NCBI GenBank assembly: GCA_002269645.1
Contig: NIVC01001013.1
Coordinates: forward strand, 309,142-373,141
Length of the DNA: 64,000 bases
Origin: Macrostomum lignano
Lineage: Eukaryota
Direction: 5' to 3'
In this document: positions 20,484 to 31,800 of the stretch, piece by piece
Numbering within the stretch: the stretch's first letter is position 1
Layout: each line of letters begins with the position of its first letter
Position numbers and translations under genes: made by a program
The notes under the pieces: generated by a model
Database searches by the model: none
What the model saw: only the letters and a program-made list of their open reading frames with translations
Told to the model about the DNA's origin: nothing

Positions 20484-21812
20484 CCAGAAAGCAACTTGGA
20501 TGAGCCGGAAGCAATCTGGGTGAACCGGAAGCAATTCAGATGAACTCGAAGCAATCTGGGTGAACCGGAAGCAATTCAGATGAACCGGAAGCAATTCAGA
20601 TGAACCGGAAGCAATCCGGATGAGCCGGAAGCAATCCGGATGAGCCGGAAGCAATCTGGATGAGCCGGAAGCAATCCGGATGAACCGGAAGCAATCTGGA
20701 TGAGCCGGAAGCAATCCGGATGAGCCAGAAGCCATCTGGATGAGCCGGAAGCAATCCAGATGAGCCGGAAGCAATCCAGCTGAGCCCCGGCAGCAATCTG
20801 GATGAGCCGGAAGCAATCCGGATGAGCCGGAAGCAATCTGGATGAGCCGGAAGCAATCTGGATGAGCCGGAAGCAATCCGGATGAGCCAGAAGCCATCTG
20901 GATGAGCCGGAAGCAATCCAGATGAGCCGGAAGCAATCCAGCTGAGCCCCGGCAGCAATCTGGATGAGCCGGAAGCAATCCGGATGAGCCGGAAGCAATC
21001 TGGATGAGCCGGAAGCAATCCGGATGAACCGGAAGCAATCTGGATGAGCCGGAAGCAATCCGGATGAGCCAGAAGCCATCTGGATGAGCCGGAAGCAATC
21101 CAGATGAGCCGGAAGCAATCCAGCTGAGCCCCGGCAGCAATCTGGATGAGCCGGAAGCAGTCCGGATGAGCCGGAAGCAATCTGGATGAGCCGGAAGCAA
21201 TTTGGATGAGCCGGAAGCAATCCGGATGAGCCGGAAGCAATCCGGATGAGCCGGAAGCAATCTGGATGAGCCGGAAGCAATCCAGATGAGCCGGAAGCAA
21301 TCCAGATAAGCCGGAAGCAATCTGGATGAGCCGGAAGCAATTTGAATGAACTGGAAGCCATCCGGATGAGCCGGAAGCAATCCGGATGAGCCGGAAGCAA
21401 TCCGGATGAGCCGGAAGCAATCCGGATGAGCCGGAAGCAATCCGGATGAGCCGGAAGCAATCCGGATGAGCCGGAAGCAATCCGGATGAGCCGGAAGCAA
21501 TCCGGATGAGCCGGAAGCAATCCGGATGAGCCGGAAGCAATCCGGATGAGCCGGAAGCAATCCGGATGAGCCGGAAGCAATCCGGATGAGCCGGAAGCAA
21601 TCCGGATGGGCCGGAAGCAATCCGGATGAGCCAGAAGCCATCTGGATGAGCCGGAAGCAATCCAAATGGCCCGCAAGCAATCCAGCTGAGCCCCGGAAGC
21701 AATCTGGATGAGCCGGAAGCAATCTGGATGAGCCGGAAGCAATCCGGATGACCCGGAAGAAATCCGGATGAACTAGAAACAATCCGAAAGCAATCCGGAT
21801 GAATCAGAAGCC
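20484..21812. repeat. 20-bp satellite (CCGGAAGCAATCCGGATGAG), about 65 copies
   Basis: Direct repetition with a homogeneous core at about 21360-21600. Confidence 0.95.
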
Positions 21813-22547
21813 GACCTGATTCGAACCAGGAATTCCCAACCGGTCCAAATCAGGCCGATAGCAGAGGCAGCCCAAACTAAATCTGTGACACAAGTTGAGC
21901 AAAGGCAACAGCACAAAAGCAGGCTAGGAAAATCAGGTAAAAAGCAGAAGAGCTTAAAGCCATTTTCTCACAGGTAAATTCGCCCAAATCCTTATCCCTG
22001 AAGCAAAATAGCAACGAAAAAGAGCCAAATAGCGTAGCACAGTTATCTAAATTCGCTATGAATGATTAAGAAATTATGAATAATGATATGCTTAAGCGGT
22101 GAACCGCTGCATAAAATCGAAACGTGCATTGCTTAGCGAGTGACAGCTGATTACGCAATAGATTAAGAGACAATGATAAGCAATTAATCACGGAATATCT
22201 TTTTTGCTATGCCTACTATTAACAGTAGCACAACTTGCCAACTCGATTCGATCCACGGGAGTTTAATTATTCGCAAGTTCTTAATTATTCATTCGATATG
22301 AGTAGATTTAAGTTATAGAATTTTTTAGCAATGTACTAACTTTAAAAAACATATCCTAACAAATTTATACTTATCAATTACTATATTACACGTAAATGTA
22401 CTTTCCATATAAAAGTACACAAGTAAACTACCCAGATAAAAGCACATCCGTAAACTAACCTGATAAAAGTTCATCAATCGATAATTATGTTAAAAAGTGC
22501 ATCCATACACTATTAGACTAAAGTAGCATAAGTAGATTATTAGGTTA

Positions 22548-22715
22548 AAAGTGCATCCGTAAGACTTCTAGGTTAAAAGTGCATCCGTAAGACTTCTAGG
22601 TTAAAAGTACATCTGCAAGACTTCTAGGTTAAAAGTACATCTGCAAGAATTCTAGGTTAAAAGTGCACCCGTAAGATGTCTAGGTTAAAATTTCATCCGT
22701 AAGGCTAATAGGTTG
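22548..22715. repeat. 28-bp minisatellite (TAGGTTAAAAGTGCATCCGTAAGACTTC), about 6 copies
   Basis: Direct repetition just 3' of the TRPM-like stop codon. Confidence 0.85.
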
Positions 22716-22851
22716 AAAGGGTATTCAAAGCGAACAGAATAAAAGTACACTACGATCCTCCATATATTTACCTACTAACCACTTACTTAGACGCTTAATT
22801 AGTTCAAAAGTGCGTGTACTACATGTATATAGGTAAAAAGTGCAAGCACAC

Positions 22852-25800
22852 TTAGCGAGTATCGTCGGTGCCGGCGTGCGAGAAATCGGCGCTGCCCGGC
22901 GTGCCGGCGACGCTGCCGCCGCCGCTTGGCCGCTCTGGCGGCTGCTGCCGCTGCTTCTCATCTAGCAACTCCTGTTGCTGCTGCTGCTGCTGCTGCTGCT
23001 GTCGCTGCTGCTGGTCCTTGTGCTGGTGGTACTTGCGCAGCTCGTTGCGGACAACCTCGGCCACCCGGGACATCAGCCGGTCGTCTTCGCTATCCTGCTC
23101 GGCCAGCGATCTGGAACGGTTGTTGCGCAGGCTGAAGGCCTGGAACAGAAGGAACTGCAGCACCAGCTGCTGGTCGAAGTCGTCGTCGGCGCTCGGCCGG
23201 AGGTCGGGCCGGAGTCGGCCGACAACGAATAGGACGAGGCGGCGAAGGAGGTCCAGCGCGTTGAACGGCGGCGGCAGCGAGGAGCGCGACTGGAACTCCT
23301 GGATGAGGTCGTGCCGCTCGAACTGCCACAGGGACTGGCTGCGCGAATCGATCTCTTCGACTGTGCGGCTGAACAGGGCGATGATGAGGTTCAGCAGCAG
23401 GATCTCCGTGATGATCACGTACAGCGGCAGGATCACGTAGGGCACCAGGTATCTGGGGAAGAGGCAGATTGAAGCCAAGAGGAATGGCAGATTGAAGCTA
23501 GCAGGAATGGCAGATTGTAGCCAACAGGAATGGCAGATTGTAGTTAACAGGAATGGCAGATTGTAGCTAACAGGAATGGCAGATTGTAGTTAACAGGAAT
23601 GGCAGATTGTAGCCAACAGGAATGGCAGATTGTAGCTAACAGGAATGGCAGATTGTAGTTAACAGGAATGGCAGATTGTAGCCAACAGGAATGGCAGATT
23701 GTAGCTAACAGGAATGGCAGATTGTAGTTAACAGGAATGGCAGATTGTAGCTAACAGGAATGGCAGATTGTAACTTGCAGAAATAGCAGATTGTATTCTA
23801 TAGGAATAAGAATAGCAGATTGTAACTAACAGGAATGGCAGATTGTAGCTAACAGAAATGGCAGATTGTAGCCAATAGGAATGGAAGATTGTAGCTAACA
23901 GGAATGGCAGATTGTAGCTAACAGGAATGGCAGATTGTAGCTAACAGGAATGGCAGATTGTAGCCAATAGGAATGGCAGATTGTAGCTAACAGGAATGGC
24001 AGATTGTAGCTAACAGGAATGGCAGATTGTAGCTAACAGGAATGGCAGATTGTAGCCAATAGGAATGGCAGATTGTAGCTAACAGGAATGGCAGATTGTA
24101 GCTAACAGGAATGGCAGATTGTAGCTAACAGGAATGGCAGATTGTAGCTAACAGGAATGGCAGATTGTAGCTAACAGAAATGGCGGATCGAAGCTAACAG
24201 GAATGGCAGGTTGTAGCTAACAGAAATGGCAGATTGTAGCCAATAGGAATGGCAGATTGTAGCTAACAGGAATGGCAGATTGTAGCTAACAGGAATGGCA
24301 GATTGTAGCTAACAGGAATGGCAGATTGTAGCCAATAGGAATGGCAGATTGTAGCTAACAGGAATGGCAGATTGTAGCTAACAGGAATGGCAGATTGTAG
24401 CTAACAGGAATGGCAGATTGTAGCTAGCAGGAATGGCAGATTGTAGCTAACAGGAATGGCAGATTGTAGCTAACAGGAATGGCAGATTGTAGCTAACAGG
24501 AATGGCAGATTGTAGCTAACAGGAATGGCAGATTGTAGCCAATAGGAATGGCAGATTGTAGCTAACAGGAATGGCAGATTGTAGCTAACAGGAATGGCAG
24601 ATTGTAGCTAACAGGAATGGCAGATTGTAGCTAGCAGGAATGGCAGATTGTAGCTAACAGGAATGGCAGATTGTAGCTAGCAGGAATGGCAGATTGTAGC
24701 CAATAGGAATGGCAGATTGTAGCTAACAGGAATGGCAGATTGTAGCTAACAGGAATGGCAGATTGTAGCTAACAGGAATGGCAGATTGTAGCTAACAGGA
24801 ATGGCAGATTGTAGCTAACAGGAATGGCAGATTGTAGCTAACAGGAATGGCAGATTGTAGCTAACAGGAATGGCAGATTGTAGCTAACAGGAATGGCAGA
24901 TTGTAGCCAATAGGAATGGCAGATTGTAGCTAACAGGAATGGCAGATTGTAGCTAACAGGAATGGCAGATTGTAGCTAACAGGAATGGCAGATTGTAGCT
25001 AGCAGGAATGGCAGATTGTAGCTAACAGGAATGGCAGATTGTAGCTAACAGGAATGGCAGATTGTAGCTAACAGGAATGGCAGATTGTAGCTAACAGGAA
25101 TGGCAGATTGTAGCTAACAGGAATGGCAGATTGTAGCTAACAGGAATGGCAGATTGTAGCTAACAGGAATGGCAGATTGTAGCTAGCAGGAATGGCAGAT
25201 TGTAGCTAACAGGAATGGCAGGTTGTAATGAGCAGAAATAGCATATTTTAGCCAACAGGAATGGCAGATTGTAACTAGCAGAAATAGCAGATTGTAGCCA
25301 ACAGAAATGGCAGATTGAAGCTAACAGGAATGGCAGATTGTAGCTAGCAGGAATGGCAGATTGTAGCTAACAGGAATGGCAGATTGTAGCTAACAGAAAT
25401 GGCAGATTGTAACTAGCAGAAATAGCAGATTATATTCTTTAGGAATGGCAGATTGTAACTAACAGGAATGGCATATTTTAGCCAATAGGAATGGTAGATT
25501 GTAACTAGCAGAAATAGCAGATTGTAGCCAACAGAAATGGCAGATTGAAGCTGAAAAGGAATGGCAGATTGAAGCTGAAAAGGAATGGCAGATTGTAGCT
25601 AACAGGAATGGCAGATTGTCAATGTCCAACAGCATTACCTGCCAACATGGTGCGGGCAGGACTGGGTATTGTTGAAGACTTTGTTATCAAGGATTTCATT
25701 GCACCCGTCAGCTCCCATCACGGCATCCAGGCTGTAGTCGCCAACCATGCTGTAGAAGCAGATCCGGAACATGCCCAGCAGGATGTTCGGCACAGTCATC

Positions 25801-28800
25801 TGTTCCGGGTTCCAAGCGTAATAACCGTTGGGAAACAGCAGGCCGTACATGAGCACGCCAAAGGCGAATATGAATATGAATAGGATGAACAGGAATGGGA
25901 ACAGGTCCTGGATGATCATTTTGGCCATCATCTTCAGCTTGGGCCCGAGAGTCTCCAGCACAGTTGAGATGTACAACAGCCTGATCCAGTATAGGGAACA
26001 GGATATGCCTGCGGGATGATGATGTTGCTGATGAGGCTAAGAGGCTGGCAGTTTACAGCCGGATGGGCTTCATACGCTACTGATTGCAGGCGGTGTATAG
26101 TAGTATAATGTGTGTGCATGAAAATCTTGAACTCCACATCTCGAAAACACCACAATAGGGTGCTCTTTAACAAACCATTTGTAAACCCTTTCACAACGCC
26201 TAAAATACTAGCATTCACCTTCATCACAAACCCTAAACTTAATAAACCCTAAACTTTGTGAAACGTAAACTTCATGGACCCTAAACTTCATAAACCCTAA
26301 ACTTCATAAACCCTAAACTTCGTAAAACCTAAACTTCATAAAACCTAAACTTCATAAACCCCAAACTTCATAAACCCTAAACTTCATAAACACTAAACTT
26401 CATAAACCCTAAACATCAAAAAACCTAAACTTCATAGACCCTAAACTTCATAAACCCCAAACTAAACCTGAGCTTCACAAGGGTCCCAAATTTCACAGAG
26501 CAATCAAATTTGCTTAATTGAATACTAGGCGTTGTGAAAGTTGGAATCCAGGCACCCATTTGCAATTGGAAATCCCCAAATTAAAAATCCATTTTCAAAA
26601 TTTCCAAATCCCCAAACACTGAAGGATAGGAAGGGAAGACACTGAAGGACCTGGGAAGGAGACACTGAAGGACCAGGGGAGGAGACACTGAAGGACCAGG
26701 GGGGGACACTGAAGGACCAGGGGGAGACACTGAAGGACCAGGGGGAGACACTGAAGGACCCGGGCCGCAGCCCCTCAGGCTCCTCACTTACCCAGAAACA
26801 GCCTGGCCAAGTACCATCCGGGATCATTAAACGACATGGTGAGCCTCTGCTCCACAGTGTCCATGTGTCCGGCAACTTTGCCCATGCGCAAGAAGAATCC
26901 AATGACCGCGGTGAACAGTGCGGCAATGTCAATGTAGTTCCACTTGCTCCGAAAGTAGTCGCTCAGCCTGGTGTACATGGCGCACTGCATCAGCTCGCCA
27001 ACCTCTTCAATGAGGTAGCCGCAGATGATGCAATAAGCCGCAGCCTCGGCCGTGTTGAGGCTGTATTCGAAATCGATGACCAGAACGTACGACAGGAGCA
27101 TTAGCAGGCTGGCGTGGGCCAGGGCGTGATACCGGAACTTCACCGCCGGTATGTTGTAGAAGCCGTACAGCAGGCGGAAGAACTGGCGCAGGCGGCGGAG
27201 GTGAGGATTGCGCAACTGCCGCTCCGAGGAGGTCAGGCTGACTTTGGACCCGCCGAGCAGACTGCGCCGCTCCTCCGGCTGGTCGTCAGGGTCTGTCAGG
27301 GCCTGGTAAATAGAGTTGGGCGCTTTTAATGGGCTGGCCAGCTTGATGATGGCTTCCTGGGGATGAAGGTGACGGAGCCTGGGTACCTGGGGATTAAGGT
27401 GACGGAGCCTGGGTACCTGGGGATTAAGGTGACGGAGCCTGGGTACCTGGGGATTAAGGTGACGGAGCCTGGGTACCTGGGGATTAAGGTGACGGAGCCT
27501 GGGTACCTGGGGATTAAGGTGACGGAGCCTGGGTACCTGGGGATTAAGGTGACGGAGCCTGGGTATCTGAAGATGAACGTGACGAAGCCTGGGTATCTGG
27601 GGATTAAGGTGACGGAGCCTGGGTATCTGAAGATGAAGGTGACGGAGCCTGGGTATTTGGGGATGAAGGTGACGGAGCCTGGGTATCTGGGGATAGAGCT
27701 GGCCGATACTGGAGAGCTGGGGATGAAGGTGACGGAGCCTGGGTACCTGGAGATGATGATGACGGAGATTGAGCACCTGGGAATGGTGATGACGGAGCCT
27801 GGGTACCTGGGGATGAAAGTGACGGAGCCTGGGTACCTGGGGGCTGGGGATGGTGATGACGGAGTCTGAGCACCTTGTAGATGGTGGTGGTGACGGAGCC
27901 TGGGTACTTAGGAATGAATGTGACGGAGCCTGGGTACTTGGGGATAGTGACGGAGCCTGGGTACCTGGGGATGGTGACGGCGCCTGGGTACCTGGAGATG
28001 GTAGTGACGGAGCCTGGGTACCTGGGGATGAAGGTGATGACGGAGCCTGAGTACCTGGAGATGAAGATGACGGAGCCTGCATACCTAAAATAGAGGTGGT
28101 GAAGCCTAGATACCTAGGAATCGAGTTAATTAAAATGTAAGATTGCAAGGTGAGCGCCATGACTTAGGCTACCAGAGGGTGCTTGCATTCTTAAATGAAC
28201 TGCAGCTGTTAACAAACCTTGGTCCCCACAGCAGTTGTGGCAGTCTTGCCAGAAGGCGTGAACTGCACCTCCACATTCGCCGCCGCAGTTGCCGCCTTGG
28301 CGTTGGCGGCCGCCTCGCACTCGGCCCGCTTGGCGGTGACAAGGAACTCGCAGGTCTCGTCACCGCCGCGACCCCCGCCGCCAGCGCCTCCGGCACCGCC
28401 GCCGCCGGAGTCCAGCGGGCCGCCACGATGCCGCCGCTCCTCGAGCATGCGCTGCTCGTCGAAGTACACCAGCAGCATGGGCACCAGCAGGTTGCCGGGC
28501 ACCATGCCCAGCCAGATGACAGCCTCGCGCAGGCTCGGCCTGATGTTCAACAGGCAGCCGTACCATTTCTTATCCAGGGCCGTCTGGCCGGCGGCTGTCT
28601 GCAGAAACCTGGCCGACTTGTTGTTGGCGGCCAGCTCGATGCAGGAGGCTTCGCCGTACGTCGGCTGCGGCATCAGCAGGTAGTCCACGGTCACCTGGTG
28701 AGGAGACGCAAAATTCGGTGAGGCTTGTCTCTCTGTAAACTAACTGGGTAAAAGGCGGGAGTAACTATCCCTTTGTTTAGGTAATTGAATACCTTTTCAT

Positions 28801-31800
28801 CTAATTAGATACTGTTGCCTATGATGAAAAAAGGATAAAAAACGCTACTTGTATTACTTATATTACTAAACCGCACCTGTTTGCAGTAGGACGTATCCAG
28901 CGTGTACACCCGTTCAACGGTCTCCTGGGCGATGGACTCGCAGCGGGAGGCCAGCAATTCGATTTCCTCATCGTCCAGCGTCAAATCGGGATTCGATAGC
29001 AGGCTGCGCAGCAGGCCAGCGCAGAACAGCGACAGGGGGATGATGTCGAACTGGTCCTGCCTGTCCGGGAGGGATTCAGAGGACCCAGTCCATTACCGAT
29101 TTTTATTCCAATCCAGCACTCGATCTATAGATCCACTCTATGGCCTACTTAATATATGATCTACTCAACTGAAATCACATGTAGAAATCGATAAATAACT
29201 ACTCAATCCTAATTTAGAAATCTATAGGTATCTACTCAATCATCATTATTAGAAATCTATAGATATCTACTCAATCCCAAGTTAGAAATCCATAGATATC
29301 TACTCAATCCGAAATTAGAAATCTATAGGTATCTACTCAATCATCATTATTAGAAATCTATAGATATCTACTCAATCCTAATTTAGAAATCAATAGGTAT
29401 CTACTCAATCATCATTATTAGAAATCTATAGATATCTACTCAATCCGAAATTAGAAATCTATAGATATCTACTCAATCCTAATTTAGAAATCTATAGGTA
29501 TCTACTCAATCATCATTATTAGAAATCTATAGATATCTACTCAATCCGAAATTAGAAATCTATAGATATCTACTCAATCCTAATTTAGAAATCTATAGGT
29601 ATCTACTCAATCATCATTATTAGAAATCTATAGATATCTACTCAATCCGAAATTAGAAATCTATAGATATCTACTCAATCCTAATTTAGAAATCTATAGG
29701 TATCTACTCAATCATCATTATTAGAAATCTATAGATATCTACTCAATCCGAAATTAGAAATCTATAGATATCTACTCAATCCGAAATTAGAAATCTATAG
29801 GTATCTACTCAATCATCATTATTAGAAATCTATAGATATCTACTCAATCCTAATTTAGAAATCTATAGGTATCTACTCAATCATCATTATTAGAAATCTA
29901 TAGATATCTACTCAATCCCAAGTTAGAAATCCATAGATATCTACTCAATCCGAAATTAGAAATCTATAGGTATCTACTCAATCATCATTATTAGAAATCT
30001 ATAGATATCTACTCAATCCTAATTTAGAAATCTATAGGTATCTACTCAATCATCATTATTAGAAATCTATAGATATCTACTCAATCCGAAATTAGAAATC
30101 TATAGATATCTACTCAATCCGAAATTAGAAATCTATAGGTATCTACTCAATCATCATTATTAGAAATCTATAGATATCTACTCAATCCGAAATTAGAAAT
30201 CTATAGATATCTACTCAATCCCAAGTTAGAAATCCATAGATATCTACTCAATCCGAAATTAGAAATCTATAGATATCTACTCAATCCCAAGTTAGAAATC
30301 CATAGATATCTACTCAATCCGAAATTAGAAATCTATAGATATCTACTCAATCCGAAATTAGAAATCTATAGATATCTACTCAACCTCAATTTAGAAATCT
30401 ATAGACATCTACTCAATCCCAATTAAGCAATCTATAGACATCTACTGAATCCACAACATCCGATATAGAATGTAGAGAGTGACTCACAGGATGAGCATCT
30501 CAGTCAGCTGGAACCTGCCGGTGAGCACAGACCACACGGCCAAGGTGTCCATGGGATGGCGCAGGTAGGACACATCGGGGCAGTAGTCAGGCCGGTAGGC
30601 CGGCAGCAGGTGCGCAGAGCACTCGGCTCCATAGTGACTGGCCAGAGCGTCTCGGCGAAGCCGGCCGGCCTGCACGAAGCTCTGGCGGAGGTTCTGCACC
30701 AGGCGGCTGACACCGCGCTCGGGCGTGTGCAGGTAGACGCTGTCCAGACGGGACTCGATCACTTCGGCCACGGCTGTCCAGAGGATGCCGCAGGCTGACA
30801 GACGGCACAGCAGGCCGATGTCTTCGCGCAGCAGGACGTAGCGCAGCACCAGGGCGGCGGTCTTCTCCAGTGCGTCCTCGTTGTTCACCAGAACGTGCGC
30901 CAGCTCGGTCCGGGCCAGGCGGGTGGCGAGATCGCGGAACTCTACCAGGTCCACCTGACAGGGAGAATCCGCATCTTTAATATGAGCCAGAGCCAGTCTT
31001 TTGATGGGGGAATGCGCTTGATTATGATTATTCACTCATTGTCAGTGCAGTTGTGAGATTCGATAGAGCAGGGGTTGCTAGCTTTTTGAACTTGTGTTGA
31101 GGCGAGGGGCAAGTGGAGAGTGGGAAGAGGGGAGAGGAGACAGAGGAGAGGCGAGAGGAGAGGAGAGGAGAGAAGTGGAGAGAGGAGAGAGGAGAGAGGT
31201 GATAGAGAAGATAGAATCTTGTAAACGCATACCAGAGATCACACTGACCCCTGATCCTATAATTTATAAGACTGAAATCATAGAGTCTGAGCCGAGTGAA
31301 AAGCCGCATATTCCAGCTATTATCGAGGGTTTTCAATAAGAAAAGATCAATATTCAATTAGAAGGTTGCAGGAACACTAAGTGCCTAAATACGTACACAC
31401 ACTCAAGTGCATACACTCGAGCATGTAGCGTTTATAGTTTAAAACATGGCATAAGTTGAAAATTGCTGTCACAACACTCCGCTGCCTCAATACAACCTGC
31501 TATCAACTTGTATGTCGCTGTGCGAGCGTATGCTGGAGTGCAAACACCTGCTGTGCAGTTAGTTGCCGTGTGCAATGATATACAAATCTAATGTCACTGG
31601 AGTCTGGACCCTGGGACGGCTTCCAATGTAATACTAGTTTGAATGCACAAAACAGTAAAACTTGTTAAAGGTTTAGATACCATTATTTACCATTTTTCAA
31701 ACAGTGACAGGCAAATAGTAGCAGTCAAACAGTGGCAGTCAAACAGTGACAGTCAAACAGTGGCAGTCAAACAGTGACAGTCAAACAGTGGCAGTCAAAC

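Noticed and set aside
16747-21782. Long ORFs in the track (16747+, 16763-, 16803-, 18166-, 18182-, 18213-, 19047+, 20400-, 20576-, 20596-)
   Set aside because: They are translations of stop-poor satellites, open in several frames at once, with no independent start or splice context.
21815-21860. B-box-like GGTTCGAATC on the - strand
   Set aside because: There is no properly spaced A-box or cloverleaf, so it is not a tRNA or a supportable SINE.
26784-28160. 458-aa ORF taken as a single protein with a Pro/Ser-rich N-terminus
   Set aside because: Only 27356-26792 is TRPM exon. The rest is intronic repeat, and full retention from the exon 6 donor hits TAA at 28209-28211.
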